A stretch of 50,476 nucleotides of DNA from Verrucomicrobiales bacterium (GCA_046075565.1 JBJTQJ010000085.1:1-50476); one strand, 5' to 3'. Shown: positions 1 to 10,298, counted from the stretch's first letter. Numbers and translations: made by a program. The notes: generated from the sequence alone by a model not told the origin.

Positions 1-243
1 TACGCTTTCCCGAACGGGGCGCCGGCGTTCTGGCACCACGGCGGACGGCGCGCGATGGGGATCAAGCACGAGAACCGCTGGATCGTGTTCTATCACCCCG
101 GCGACATGAACGACGCCTGGAAGTCCCCCGGTTTCACCGACGTGACCCCGGAAATGCGGGCGGCCGCGATGAACCTCGGTGTCAATCTGGTCTATTACAG
201 TTTCAACCAATGGAACGACGCCATCACCCGGATGAAAAAATGA
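1..243 (+). CDS. DUF4159-like protein, C-terminal part (5' truncated by window edge)
   Basis: Open frame from base 1: YAFPNGAPAFWHHGGRRAMGIKHENRWIVFYHPGDMNDAW...AMNLGVNLVYY. The GD-x-x-DAW and LGVN(L/I)VYY ending is typical of DUF4159 domains. Confidence 0.65.
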   Translation, partial: YAFPNGAPAFWHHGGRRAMGIKHENRWIVFYHPGDMNDAWKSPGFTDVTPEMRAAAMNLGVNLVYYSFNQWNDAITRMKK

Positions 244-283
244 TCCGTTCCTGTTTCCACTTTGCACTGTCCTGTCACCTTCA

Positions 284-1447
284 ATGAACTGGAGCTCCTT
301 CGGCATCTTCGGCTACCTAAGCGTGCTGGCCTCTGGCGGCACGCTGGCCCTCCTGCTCCTGCAGATGAAGAAGCCGTCCCGCCGGGTAGGCCAGGCGGCC
401 ATTGCCTTGGCCGTGGCCGCGTTTGTTCTGGCCAAGATCAATTCCACTACCCATGTCAACCGGATTGCCCCTGACCTGAGCGAACAAACCGCCCGCAGCC
501 TGGCCCTCCAGCAAGCCGCCGAACAAAAGATGCTCAACGAGCGGGAAAAGGAAGTAGCCGATGTGCGTTTCGCCGAAGACCAATCCGGCGAACACCTCGA
601 CACCGCCGGACTGGATGGCGCCGAACTCAAACGTTTGGAAAAGCTCAAACAAGCGGCCACGCAGCCCCCAACGCGGCAAAAACGCGAACGTGGAGCCACC
701 GCCACGGAAGACACCAGCCTCGAAGGAATGATCGGTGGCGGGGATCAGTCCAAGGGCGTTGAGGTCGAGGTTAACGGCGACGATGATCGACCACCATCCG
801 CTATCATGAGCGAGGCCGATCTGCTTCGGGCCAATCGTCTCGATGGCTGGAATCTCGACCTGACAAGGATCCTCATCGGCCTTGCTCTCGTCGGCCTTTT
901 CTGCGATTACCTGCGCCGGGCCAATCTTTATCAACAGGCCACCTTGCCTCTGCCCTTTCCCGCAAGTTGGAGACAGTCGTTCAACCCATTGCCCCCTGTG
1001 TTCGTGCGTCCTGAACCCCCGCGCCGTGATCTGACGGGCGAGCTTTCCTGGCTGGTCCGCCGTGGGGATGTTTTCCTTCTTCTCGCCAGCGACCAAAAGG
1101 CCGCCGCCGCCCTGCCCGCTTCATTCTCCAAAGGTTTCGTCAAGCGTCGCCCGGTCGATGCAATTGCCGCGGATGACGAAAAGTTCACCGACGACTTCAT
1201 CTTCGAGGCCCTTTGGTTCGGACGTGCTTGTTTTGTCATAGGTTCCAAAGAGCGGGCCGACCGCATCCTTCGGCGGTTCGTTTGCCTGCTCGAAGAACGC
1301 CGGAAGTTCCGAGCCCGGGTGCGGGCGAATGTCCATGTTGTTTGTGAACTGGATGCTCCTCCACCCGGGGAGATTGAAGAAGCCTTCACCCGGTTGGCCC
1401 CATCCACCGGATTCTCCCTGTTCCTCTCCGGCGCTTCGCGGCCTTAA
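284..1447 (+). CDS. Hypothetical membrane protein (2 N-terminal TM segments, charged linker, third TM, C-terminal alpha/beta domain)
   Basis: 387-aa ORF, co-oriented with neighbours. Hydrophobic stretches near aa 8-27, 38-50 and 193-210. Confidence 0.7.
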   Translation: MNWSSFGIFGYLSVLASGGTLALLLLQMKKPSRRVGQAAIALAVAAFVLAKINSTTHVNRIAPDLSEQTARSLALQQAAEQKMLNEREKEVADVRFAEDQSGEHLDTAGLDGAELKRLEKLKQAATQPPTRQKRERGATATEDTSLEGMIGGGDQSKGVEVEVNGDDDRPPSAIMSEADLLRANRLDGWNLDLTRILIGLALVGLFCDYLRRANLYQQATLPLPFPASWRQSFNPLPPVFVRPEPPRRDLTGELSWLVRRGDVFLLLASDQKAAAALPASFSKGFVKRRPVDAIAADDEKFTDDFIFEALWFGRACFVIGSKERADRILRRFVCLLEERRKFRARVRANVHVVCELDAPPPGEIEEAFTRLAPSTGFSLFLSGASRP

Positions 1448-1460
1448 TCCTGAAACCGAA

Positions 1461-1587
1461 AACCACGAATGGGCACGAAGGAACACGATTAAAAATATAA
1501 ATGAAGTTGTTAACAAAAAGAACTAAGCCCTCCACAGAAAATACGCCAGATGCAACACCTTTCCTGAATTCGTGCCCATTCCTGGTT
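1461..1587. repeat. 19-bp terminal inverted repeats around an AT-rich core (MITE/REP-like)
   Basis: AACCACGAATGGGCACGAA (1461-1479) and TTCGTGCCCATTCCTGGTT (1569-1587) are 18/19 complementary. Confidence 0.7.
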
Positions 1588-1636
1588 CAATTTCCTTCTC
1601 CCGGTTGAATTCTCCAACATCTCCGCTTTATCGCCC

Positions 1637-4600
1637 ATGAAAATCCCGCGTTTTCCCCTCTTCGCGTTCTTGTTCACCTGCTGCGCTCTCACCGGAGCGC
1701 TGGCCCAGGAGGAGGAACGCACCCACACTCCCGAAGAAATGGAGGCCTTGGCCAAGGATGGTGTTCTTGCGCCGGAGAAAGAAGAACGCCCGGCCGCTCT
1801 TCCCGACCTCACCAAAGGAGAGCCCCTGGCACCTTCCAAAGACAAACCCATGGTCTGGAGCCTCGGGCCCACGGGCATTCTCGGTATCATGTCCGGAAAA
1901 TTTGCCGGGGATCAGATCCTCGTCATGGGCACGGTGCCCGGTTCGCCCGCCGAGGGCAAGTTCCAAGCCGGTGATGTCATCATCGGGATGAACGGTCAGA
2001 AGTTTAAAGCTGGCGGCCATCTCGGCCAACTCATCGGGAATGCCATCATCGAGGCGGAAAGGGAAGTCAACGCCGGACGGATTAGTTTCCTAGTCTGGCG
2101 CGACGAGAATTATCTGCCGCGTCTTGCCAGCAACAACAATGTCGCCAATGCCGATGTGGACAAACTGTTCAGCGAAGCCGCGGGCGACAACTCCCTCTAC
2201 GATTGGAAATCCGACGAGGAAAAGAGCAAGGAGGTGCGTATGATCGGCTTCGATAAATTCCCGATCAAACCGTCCACCTTGGAAGCCCAACTGAAGTTAC
2301 GGGTCTTCCCCGACTATAGCGACACCGCGCCCTTCGATTGCCCGAAGACGAAACAAATCCTCGAGGAAGCTTGGGCCGTGACCGTCAGGAAATTCCAACC
2401 CGATCCCAAGACCGGCAAACCCGGCAAAGGCGGAGTCATTGAAGCCATCGCCCTTGTCGCGTCCGGCAAACCCGAACACCGGGAACTGGTCAAACAATGG
2501 GTCCGCAGCGAGAACAGTCCATGGCGTCCCCCCACCGAACCGATTGGAGCCAAGTTCGAACCCGACTACAAGGGATACAAAGGCTATCAAAGCTGGCATA
2601 TGGGCTTCATCGGCCTCTACTGCGCGGTCTATTATGATGCCACCGGTGATGAATATGTTCTGCCGGCACTGCGCAAGTTCGCCATCGAGACGGCCATGGG
2701 TCAGAGTGGCGGAGGCTCGTGGGGCCATACCTTCGCTTATCCTTCATTCAACGGCGGACTGCTCCACCGCATGAATCCCGGTTATGGCGCGCTCAACGCG
2801 GCCGGCAACCGCTGCTTCTTCCTCATCGCCCTCGCCAAGAAGCTGGGTGTTGAACATCCGGAAATCGACGACGCCCTCGTGCGCGCTCACCGGTTCTTCG
2901 GTTCCTACGTGGACCGCGGGGCCATCCCCTACGGCGACCACGGTGCCGCCGGCACCGACGACAGCAATGGCAAGAATGCCGGCACCGCTTTTGCCTTCAA
3001 CCTCATGGGCGACAAATACGGGGCCAAGTATTTCGCTTCCATGTCCGCCCATGCGTCCTTCACGCCCCGCGGCGGCCATGCCCACGATTACTTTACGAAC
3101 TGGTCATGCTGGGGCGCCACCCTTGCCGGACCAGATGTCCGGATCCTGGCTGAACGCAACATGCGCTGGCGCCGGACTCTCTGCCGCCGCCACGACGGCA
3201 GCTTCGTTTACCACTCGCCATCCGAAAAATACCGGACGCTGCGTGACCCGACTTCGACTGAAATTTTCCACCAGGCGGTCATCCTCAAACAAACCATAAT
3301 CACGGGCAAGGACCTCGATGAATCACTGTTCCTGAACGAGCGCGAGTTGAAACAAATGATCGCCACCACCCGCGGCCAGTTCAATGACCCCGTTCTCTTT
3401 GAAAAAGCCGGGCCATCATGGCAGGAAGCCAGCTCCGACACGATCCTTGACATGCTCGATATCTTCATGCCCAAAACCCGTGCCGCCTTCGCCGCCGAAT
3501 TGGGCAAACGTTACCAAGCCGGCGAGAAGGAGATCCTTCCCCGCTTGCTCAAACTCATGGAGCATGAGGAGGCCCGTTTCCGCGAAGGAGCCGTGCGCGC
3601 GCTCGGAGCCTGCGGTGATGATGTCGTGCTCTCGAATCTTTCCATCCTTGTCAAACTGCTCGACGATCCAAAGGAGTTCGTGCGCGTCGCCGCGGCGTCC
3701 GTCGTTTCGAAAAACACCGCCAATGAGGATGTGCAATTTGCCTTGATCAAGGCCACGGTGGATGAACCCCAACTTGTGGCCCCGAACGGCATTCGTAATC
3801 TCGTCCAAAATATCCTCTTCGCGAAAGACCTGCCCGTGGCCAAGTCTCCCTTCGATGCCGGGTTCGATGAGAAACTCGTGGAGAAAGCCCTCGAGAACCT
3901 CATCCTGCTCGATCCGGTGAGCGATGGTGGATTTTTGGGATCCCGCAATGGCGTCTGGGACAAAGACACCATCCTCCGCGTGGCCGGACCCTTGGTCTAT
4001 GCCGCCGAGGAAGAACAAATCAACGACCAAATGTTTGCCAACCGGCGCGCGCCTGCTCTGGCGATTCTGGAAAAGCTCGGATGCCGCGAAGCGGTGGAGG
4101 CATCCGCCCACCTGATTCGGAAGAAGGCGGAAATTCCACGGCACATCCGCCCATTCTCGACGTTCAAAAGACCGATGATCGAACCGGCTGCTCTCACCAA
4201 AGCACCAGGTGCCTTCCACGAATTCATCGATGAAATGAAGCTTATCCTCATCGACAATCCGAACGAAGCGGTGGTGTTGAGGAATAAAAGCACAAATTGG
4301 AATACCTTGACGTTCGACCTCGACGACCTGCTGGCCACCATCCAATCGTCGAAACCTTTGCCGCCCGCCCCCAGCCTCGCCGGTGATGTGGCGAAGCTCT
4401 TCCGCGAAGAACTTGATGCCCTCGATGGCACCGGAGCGAAATTGAAACATTGCCGTGCCGCCCTCGCCGAGCCCGAACGGAAGAATACATTCCACAAATT
4501 GGCGGCCATGACCTATCTCGTGGAAACTTTAGGAGCCGACGCCTTGCCGGACCTGTTGCCATATCTTGGTCTTGACTACTGGCGCACCCGCGACCATAGC

Positions 4601-5638
4601 CGGAAACTGGCGACTGGACTCGTTGCATCGGTTTCTGCGGACCAACTGGCCGACCTCTTTGCCAAGGCTCCCGCGCCCGAATCCGCCGCCGGTCTTCTTA
4701 AAGTATTGGCCAGTGCCAAAGCCACCGCCGGAACCGACCTCGCCCGCAAGGCCATGAAACACGAAAGCCCGGTGGTCCGACAAGCGGCAATCACGACCGC
4801 CTATGCCCTCGCTGGGGATGCGGTGTTCCCGGCCATCCTCGCCCACCTCGCCCAAGCCACCACCCGGGAAGATCAACTCGGATGTGAAGAGGCTTTGCTT
4901 TCCAAACGCGAAGACTCCGCCCATGCCAGCAAGGTTCGTGATGCCGTCTTGGCCATGCTGCCTAAGGCGAATCCGGGGACTCTATCCTCTCTTCATTACC
5001 TCCTCGGTCAACTGGGTGATTCCCAGAGCATCGCCGCCCTGAAGAGTGCAGCACAACCCGGCAAGCCTGATGATTTGGAAAGTGCAGTGTATGCCCTTTC
5101 CTATTCCCCCAACCGCGAGGCCGACAAGCTCATGCTGGAAATTGCCGCCGCCAGTCCCCTCGGAGCCAAAACTGCAGGAGCCCAGGCTTTCCGGCGTATG
5201 GTTCTCGGCCCCAAAGGCTACGGCGACATCGACAAAACCGCGCGTATGGAGTTCGCCGAAGCCATGATCAACCATTCCATGGATAACAACCTAGTCGCTT
5301 ATCTCGGTCATATTCCGGAAGCGCGGGCCATGAGGGCCTTGATGTTCTGTTTGCGCAAGGGCGTAACCCCGGCGGCGGAAAACCTCGTCAAATGCGCCGA
5401 GAGCATGGAAAACCTGCCGCCCGCCGACGCGAAGATCGCGGCCAAGGCCCTCCAGGACGTGATCGAATACATCGAAGTTACTCGTCTGCGCGGCGGCATC
5501 GAAGCCCACATGAACAAAGACGACAAATACCTTGAGTGGAAAGCCCTGCAAGCCCGCGCCGGCAAAGCCCTCCTCAAATTCCACAAACCTGAAGCCGCCC
5601 CGATTCCGACCTTTGATCCCTTGGAGATAGAACCCTGA
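1637..5638 (+). CDS. Large secreted DUF6288-like protein with PDZ domain and HEAT repeats
   Basis: Signal peptide MKIPRFPLFAFLFTCCALTGALAQ; WSLGPTG; PDZ-like VPGSPAEGKFQAGDVIIGMNG; helical core with GSWGH, GYGALN, GAIPYGDH and DGSF; HEAT-like REGAVRALGACG and DPKEFVRVAAA. Confidence 0.7.
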   Translation: MKIPRFPLFAFLFTCCALTGALAQEEERTHTPEEMEALAKDGVLAPEKEERPAALPDLTKGEPLAPSKDKPMVWSLGPTGILGIMSGKFAGDQILVMGTVPGSPAEGKFQAGDVIIGMNGQKFKAGGHLGQLIGNAIIEAEREVNAGRISFLVWRDENYLPRLASNNNVANADVDKLFSEAAGDNSLYDWKSDEEKSKEVRMIGFDKFPIKPSTLEAQLKLRVFPDYSDTAPFDCPKTKQILEEAWAVTVRKFQPDPKTGKPGKGGVIEAIALVASGKPEHRELVKQWVRSENSPWRPPTEPIGAKFEPDYKGYKGYQSWHMGFIGLYCAVYYDATGDEYVLPALRKFAIETAMGQSGGGSWGHTFAYPSFNGGLLHRMNPGYGALNAAGNRCFFLIALAKKLGVEHPEIDDALVRAHRFFGSYVDRGAIPYGDHGAAGTDDSNGKNAGTAFAFNLMGDKYGAKYFASMSAHASFTPRGGHAHDYFTNWSCWGATLAGPDVRILAERNMRWRRTLCRRHDGSFVYHSPSEKYRTLRDPTSTEIFHQAVILKQTIITGKDLDESLFLNERELKQMIATTRGQFNDPVLFEKAGPSWQEASSDTILDMLDIFMPKTRAAFAAELGKRYQAGEKEILPRLLKLMEHEEARFREGAVRALGACGDDVVLSNLSILVKLLDDPKEFVRVAAASVVSKNTANEDVQFALIKATVDEPQLVAPNGIRNLVQNILFAKDLPVAKSPFDAGFDEKLVEKALENLILLDPVSDGGFLGSRNGVWDKDTILRVAGPLVYAAEEEQINDQMFANRRAPALAILEKLGCREAVEASAHLIRKKAEIPRHIRPFSTFKRPMIEPAALTKAPGAFHEFIDEMKLILIDNPNEAVVLRNKSTNWNTLTFDLDDLLATIQSSKPLPPAPSLAGDVAKLFREELDALDGTGAKLKHCRAALAEPERKNTFHKLAAMTYLVETLGADALPDLLPYLGLDYWRTRDHSRKLATGLVASVSADQLADLFAKAPAPESAAGLLKVLASAKATAGTDLARKAMKHESPVVRQAAITTAYALAGDAVFPAILAHLAQATTREDQLGCEEALLSKREDSAHASKVRDAVLAMLPKANPGTLSSLHYLLGQLGDSQSIAALKSAAQPGKPDDLESAVYALSYSPNREADKLMLEIAAASPLGAKTAGAQAFRRMVLGPKGYGDIDKTARMEFAEAMINHSMDNNLVAYLGHIPEARAMRALMFCLRKGVTPAAENLVKCAESMENLPPADAKIAAKALQDVIEYIEVTRLRGGIEAHMNKDDKYLEWKALQARAGKALLKFHKPEAAPIPTFDPLEIEP

Positions 5639-5672
5639 TACCGGCTTTCGCGGAACCATCCCTTGGTGCGAT

Positions 5673-7793
5673 TTACTTCGGAAAGGCCCCAGCCAAAGCG
5701 AGCCACTCCCGAGCCCCGTAAACCCCTGCTTTGGAAAAATCGAATGGCTTGAAGCCGAGTTTGTAGGCTGGCGATTCCGGCTGCAGACGGTAGTCGCCTT
5801 TGGTCGCGTCGGTGAAAAGCGGGTCGGCAAGAATCGAGTTCTTTTCATGGCCGGCCGCTTGCCACTTCTTCAGATCGCCACCGGGAAACTTGGGTGAGCC
5901 TGCGGTGCTCCAGTAGAGGTTGGAATTCGTTTCCACCCGCACCTTGTCCCAAGGGCCGCCGAGGGCCGGTCCATCGTGTGTCCAGTAGATGAGGTTTTTC
6001 TCGAAGGTGAAGGAGAGGTGGGGCTCCGGCCGGGTGACTTGGATTTGGTGTTGCTGGCTATCGACGAAGATATTGTTGCGAACGATATTCTCTTTGCCGT
6101 AGTGCTGGTGAAAGCCACCGGTCTTGGTCCGATAAACGAGATTGTTTTCGAAGAGTATTCCGGTGGAACCTTCATCGGTGTAGAGGCCCCAACCGCCATA
6201 GGAATAGGAAAGGATGTCGTGAAACACATTGCCGGTGACCACGGTTCCTTCCGATGGACCGAGGGTATAGATGCCGCCCATGTCGCTCAGCAATCCTTTG
6301 CCGATGTGGTGGACATGATTGTGGGCGATGGTATTGCGTTTGCAATTGCTTTCCGCGTAACCCCAGCGCCAACCAACACTGATGCCGGTGTAGAACAGAT
6401 CGGCGATTTCGTTGTGGGTGATCCGGTTGTCAGGGCTGAATCCAATCCAGACACCCACGGCACAAGGAAAGATCGATCCGCCATGACGGATGATACAATT
6501 ATCCACGGTGATGTGGCTGGTTGTTGCCTTGTCATCGGGAGGCGGTGCCGTCTCTCCGATCCTGACACCGCCTGCGCCGAAGTCGTGGATATGACATTGG
6601 CGGATGACCGAGTCACGACAACCCCTGCGGAACCAGAGCGCATAGGTCCCGAGATGGCCGAATTCGCAGTTCTCGATGGTCACATGGCGAGCGCCATCAA
6701 CAAGCACCGCGCTTTCCAGCGTGGCCGCGGCCTGATTGGGTTCGAAACCTCCGGGTGGTGTGAGCCATTGGGCGTGGCGGAAGGCGAGTCCCTTGATAGA
6801 CAGGTGTTCGACCGATTTTTCCTTGGCGGGGTCCCCGGCGATGCGGAGGAAACCATTCGTGACGGGCGCGATCACTTCTAACTTGCCCGGATCTTCGCCT
6901 GCCAATGGGAGGTAACTCAAGGTGCCATCCCGGGCGAGGAACCACTCGCCAGGGGCATCGAGAAAAGCCATGGCATTTTCGGCAATCCAGGTGGAGTTCT
7001 TGTCCCACTTGTTCCACGACTTCATGCCCGCCCCGCTGGTGGTGAGTGTGGATTGCGGCACGTCGAGTGAGTCAATGAAGCGGCGAGTGTTATCCCACTT
7101 GTGATAAACGACAAAGTGCACATCCCGGACCTCATCGGGCCTGAGTGCGGACAGCGGAGCGAATCCTTCCTTCGGGAGCGTAACGGACTGGATGGCCTCG
7201 ATCGCCCGTGTCTTCCCGGGCTTGAGTTCCCCTTTGCCCGCCTTTAGCACCTCCTCGTGTGCAGCTTCAATGCCATACCATCCTTCGTTGGGCGTGCGGG
7301 CGCGTGTGGCGCGGCGTCCGTTGACCCAGAGTTGCTCGAAATACCATGTCCCGTTGGCGACTTCCGGGATTTTCGTTTGCCAAAGGCCATTCGGCCCGCT
7401 TTTCCATCCGGTGATGACGCGCCCGCCGCTGAAAACCGGCTTCGCTCCGGGGGCGGCCTGGTAACTGAGCGGGGCATCTTTGGTGCCGCCGTCTTCCGGT
7501 GAAAGAAGAAATGGTTCTGTGAGTCGGTAGATGCCATCCGCCACCAGCACACGAATCGGTTCCGCCCTCCCAGCTCCGGCACGGTGATTGCGCACAGCGC
7601 CACGCGCGCCAGCGAGAGTGGCAACCGGTCCGTCGCTTCCCCCGGCATTCGGGCGGGGCAGTTTTCCCGACCACTGGTCATTGCCATCGCGAGCGAGGTA
7701 AAAGTCCACGGCGCTCACTTGGCCAGGGGCTAGCAGGAAAGAGAACGCGAGCAACTTGAGCGTAGAAAGGCAGCATCGTCCGGTCATGATCAT
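5673..7793 (-). CDS. Secreted right-handed parallel beta-helix protein (GH141-like glycoside hydrolase)
   Basis: Signal peptide; FYLARDGNDQWSG...DGPVATL; QLWVNGRRATRARTPN; LDAPGEWF; DMGGIYTLG; GWGLYTDEGSTG. Confidence 0.75.
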   Translation of the reverse strand: MIMTGRCCLSTLKLLAFSFLLAPGQVSAVDFYLARDGNDQWSGKLPRPNAGGSDGPVATLAGARGAVRNHRAGAGRAEPIRVLVADGIYRLTEPFLLSPEDGGTKDAPLSYQAAPGAKPVFSGGRVITGWKSGPNGLWQTKIPEVANGTWYFEQLWVNGRRATRARTPNEGWYGIEAAHEEVLKAGKGELKPGKTRAIEAIQSVTLPKEGFAPLSALRPDEVRDVHFVVYHKWDNTRRFIDSLDVPQSTLTTSGAGMKSWNKWDKNSTWIAENAMAFLDAPGEWFLARDGTLSYLPLAGEDPGKLEVIAPVTNGFLRIAGDPAKEKSVEHLSIKGLAFRHAQWLTPPGGFEPNQAAATLESAVLVDGARHVTIENCEFGHLGTYALWFRRGCRDSVIRQCHIHDFGAGGVRIGETAPPPDDKATTSHITVDNCIIRHGGSIFPCAVGVWIGFSPDNRITHNEIADLFYTGISVGWRWGYAESNCKRNTIAHNHVHHIGKGLLSDMGGIYTLGPSEGTVVTGNVFHDILSYSYGGWGLYTDEGSTGILFENNLVYRTKTGGFHQHYGKENIVRNNIFVDSQQHQIQVTRPEPHLSFTFEKNLIYWTHDGPALGGPWDKVRVETNSNLYWSTAGSPKFPGGDLKKWQAAGHEKNSILADPLFTDATKGDYRLQPESPAYKLGFKPFDFSKAGVYGAREWLALAGAFPK

Positions 7794-7864
7794 CTTACGC
7801 CGCTTTCCGGCACCGTGCTTTCAGACATTGCGCGGCCGTTCTCCAAGTGCGCGTCCGGCTTCCC

Positions 7865-9982
7865 CTACTTGTCCGGCAGGGTGGAGAATTTATCGATCAC
7901 CTCGCCGGCCCCGAAGAGTTCGGGGAAAAAGACCGGTTCCTGCGCCCCTGGAGCATACAAGACATTCACCGGCACGGCACGTTTGCCATACCCCGCGATG
8001 GCTTTCTCGATGATGGGATCCTTCCGCGTGAAATCGGCTTTGAGGGCGATGACGCCTTTCTTCTTGACGAGTTTGATGACCTCCGGATCATGGGTGTAAC
8101 GCAGTTTGTTCGCCTTACAGGTCGCGCACCACGCGGCGGTAAAATCGATGAAGACGGGGACGTTTTGCTCCCGCAACTCGGCAACGCGTTCCGGTGACCA
8201 AGGTTCCCAGACCAGTTGTTTGTTCTCGCCGGGCCAAGCCATGGCCGTGCTGGTCGCCAACAACGCGATGCAGGCAATGCGGGCGGTCCACTTGGTTTGG
8301 TTTTTCTGCCAGGCCTGGCCCCAATGACCGAAAATGTAAACCGCCAGTGCTGCGAGGGTGAAGGCGAAGAGGACGAAAAGGAATTTGTCGTCATCAACTT
8401 GCTGCCCGAGCACCCAGATCAGCCAGACCACGGTGGCGAACATGGGAAACGACATCAGCTTCTTGAAGGTCTCCATCCATGCGCCGGGTCTGGGCAGCAG
8501 ATCGACCAGTTGCGGGAAGGCAGAGAGCACGAGATAGGGCAAACTCAATCCAAGTGCGATGATGGTGAAGAGGAAAATGGATGACACGGGAGGCAGTGAC
8601 AGCGCGGCTCCGAGAGCGGGCGCGAGAAATGGCGCGGCACAGGGTGTGGCCACAAGCGTGGCGAGCACACCGGAAAAGAACGACCCGGAGAATCCCGATT
8701 TGCGCGTCAAATTTCCCCCGATGCTGGTGGCCGAGGTCCCGAATTCGAATAGTCCCGCGAGGCTGAGCGAAAAGAGGAACAACACCAATGACATGACGAG
8801 AACGAATCGAGGATCCTGTAATTGGAAACCCCAGGCCAGGTTTTCATTTCCCGTGAAATGTTTCACACCGATGATCACACCCGCCAGCACCCAGAAGGAA
8901 ACCAGCACACCCAGGGTGAAGATCACTCCATGCAAAACGACTTTGCGATGATCCTCGCCGGCTTGATTGACAAAGTTCATGATCTTGAGCCCGAGCACGG
9001 GGAAAACGCACGGCATGAGATTGAGGATGAGTCCGCCGAGGAAGGCGATGCCGATCATCACCAGCGTGAGGGATTGTTTTTCGGCGGGGGCGGATGTAGC
9101 CGCTTTCTCGCCGATGGTGATGTCGATTTCCATGGCGGTGGAAGTCGGATTGTCCTTCAGCCATCCTCCTTCAGCGACGAGGATGCCGGACAATTTCGGA
9201 CTCGGTTTTTTGTCCGAGTCTTCGGGGCGTTTCAACGTGAGAGTGACCGTGCCGCTTTCTACTTTGACCGGCTGATCGGCCTGACCATCGTTCTCGTCCA
9301 CTGAATGGGCGAAAAAATAGGCTTTGCTCACGGCAGCGGCTCCTTCGCCGGGTGCGAGCGTGAGCGTGACCGTGCCTTTGGCCTCGCTGGCACTGGCCGT
9401 CCATCCTTGCAGTGGTTTGGCCATGGCCGCCACGGCATCGGCGATTTTTTTCGCGCCTGCTTCATCGATGGCGCTCTCTGCAGCGGAGACAAGGGCGAGC
9501 CGCGCGGTCTGGTCGAAGATCACACATGCTTCCTTGCACACCTGACCTTCCACTTTTGCTCGGAGTGGGATTGGCGCACCAACTTTCAGATCCCCGGGGG
9601 CTTCGAGTTCAAAGACGATGATCGCTTTTTCGGGATTGATGTAGGCGGGAAAACCTTGCGACACATAACGCTTCGGCACCGGCCAGCGGGAGGAAAGCAC
9701 CTTGAATCCGTCGGGCAATTCCCATTTTACCTCTACCGGCAAAGAGAAGCCGCCGGGGTTTTTCCAATAGCTGTGCCATTCGGGAGCGTGATCGAGAGTG
9801 ATACCGACCTGGAATTTCGAGCCGGGAGCGACGGCCTTTACATCCGCCACCATTCCGGCGGTAACTTCCTTTCCTTCCTCTGTTACGCCGACCCCAGGCA
9901 AGCCGAAGCCCTCGAGTTGGGCCGAAACCGACGTGACGAGAGCCGCGAGGCCGAAAATGAAGGTGGTGGCGAATCGTATCAT
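7865..9982 (-). CDS. dsbD: Thiol:disulfide interchange protein DsbD family
   Basis: N-domain WHSYWKNPG and VCKEAC; TM domain LNLMPCVFPV, ATPCAAPF and LPRPGAWM; thioredoxin domain FTAAWCATCK. Confidence 0.9.
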   Translation of the reverse strand: MIRFATTFIFGLAALVTSVSAQLEGFGLPGVGVTEEGKEVTAGMVADVKAVAPGSKFQVGITLDHAPEWHSYWKNPGGFSLPVEVKWELPDGFKVLSSRWPVPKRYVSQGFPAYINPEKAIIVFELEAPGDLKVGAPIPLRAKVEGQVCKEACVIFDQTARLALVSAAESAIDEAGAKKIADAVAAMAKPLQGWTASASEAKGTVTLTLAPGEGAAAVSKAYFFAHSVDENDGQADQPVKVESGTVTLTLKRPEDSDKKPSPKLSGILVAEGGWLKDNPTSTAMEIDITIGEKAATSAPAEKQSLTLVMIGIAFLGGLILNLMPCVFPVLGLKIMNFVNQAGEDHRKVVLHGVIFTLGVLVSFWVLAGVIIGVKHFTGNENLAWGFQLQDPRFVLVMSLVLFLFSLSLAGLFEFGTSATSIGGNLTRKSGFSGSFFSGVLATLVATPCAAPFLAPALGAALSLPPVSSIFLFTIIALGLSLPYLVLSAFPQLVDLLPRPGAWMETFKKLMSFPMFATVVWLIWVLGQQVDDDKFLFVLFAFTLAALAVYIFGHWGQAWQKNQTKWTARIACIALLATSTAMAWPGENKQLVWEPWSPERVAELREQNVPVFIDFTAAWCATCKANKLRYTHDPEVIKLVKKKGVIALKADFTRKDPIIEKAIAGYGKRAVPVNVLYAPGAQEPVFFPELFGAGEVIDKFSTLPDK

Positions 9983-10116
9983 GGGTGGTTCGGGAGTGTC
10001 GGGAATGGTATCACACTTAACGCCGCCCGGAAGCTGATTCGCCTATCGGCCTCCCGCCGGGGAGCGGACGACATGGTGATGGAAACCAGGCAGCAGTGCT
10101 TTTGTCCTTCAGTTGG

Positions 10117-10161
10117 AGCGCCAACGGCGCGGCCTATGCCAGCCCGGGGTAACGCCCTGGG
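10117..10161 (-). repeat. Long REP-like hairpin element (partial copy of the 37786-37867 family)
   Basis: Reverse complement CCCAGGGCGTTACCCCGGGCTGGCATAGGCCGCGCCGTTGGCGCT matches 37823-37867 at 40/45. Confidence 0.8.
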
Positions 10162-10298
10162 AATGAGTCTTGGCCATAAGGCCACGTGTCCCGGATGGCA
10201 GGGATGTTGAGCCTTTTTGGAAAAACGTGGCTATTCCGTGCTGGAAGAATCCCCGGCGCGCGGGATCGATTTTGATAGCGATTGGATAACCGCACCTG

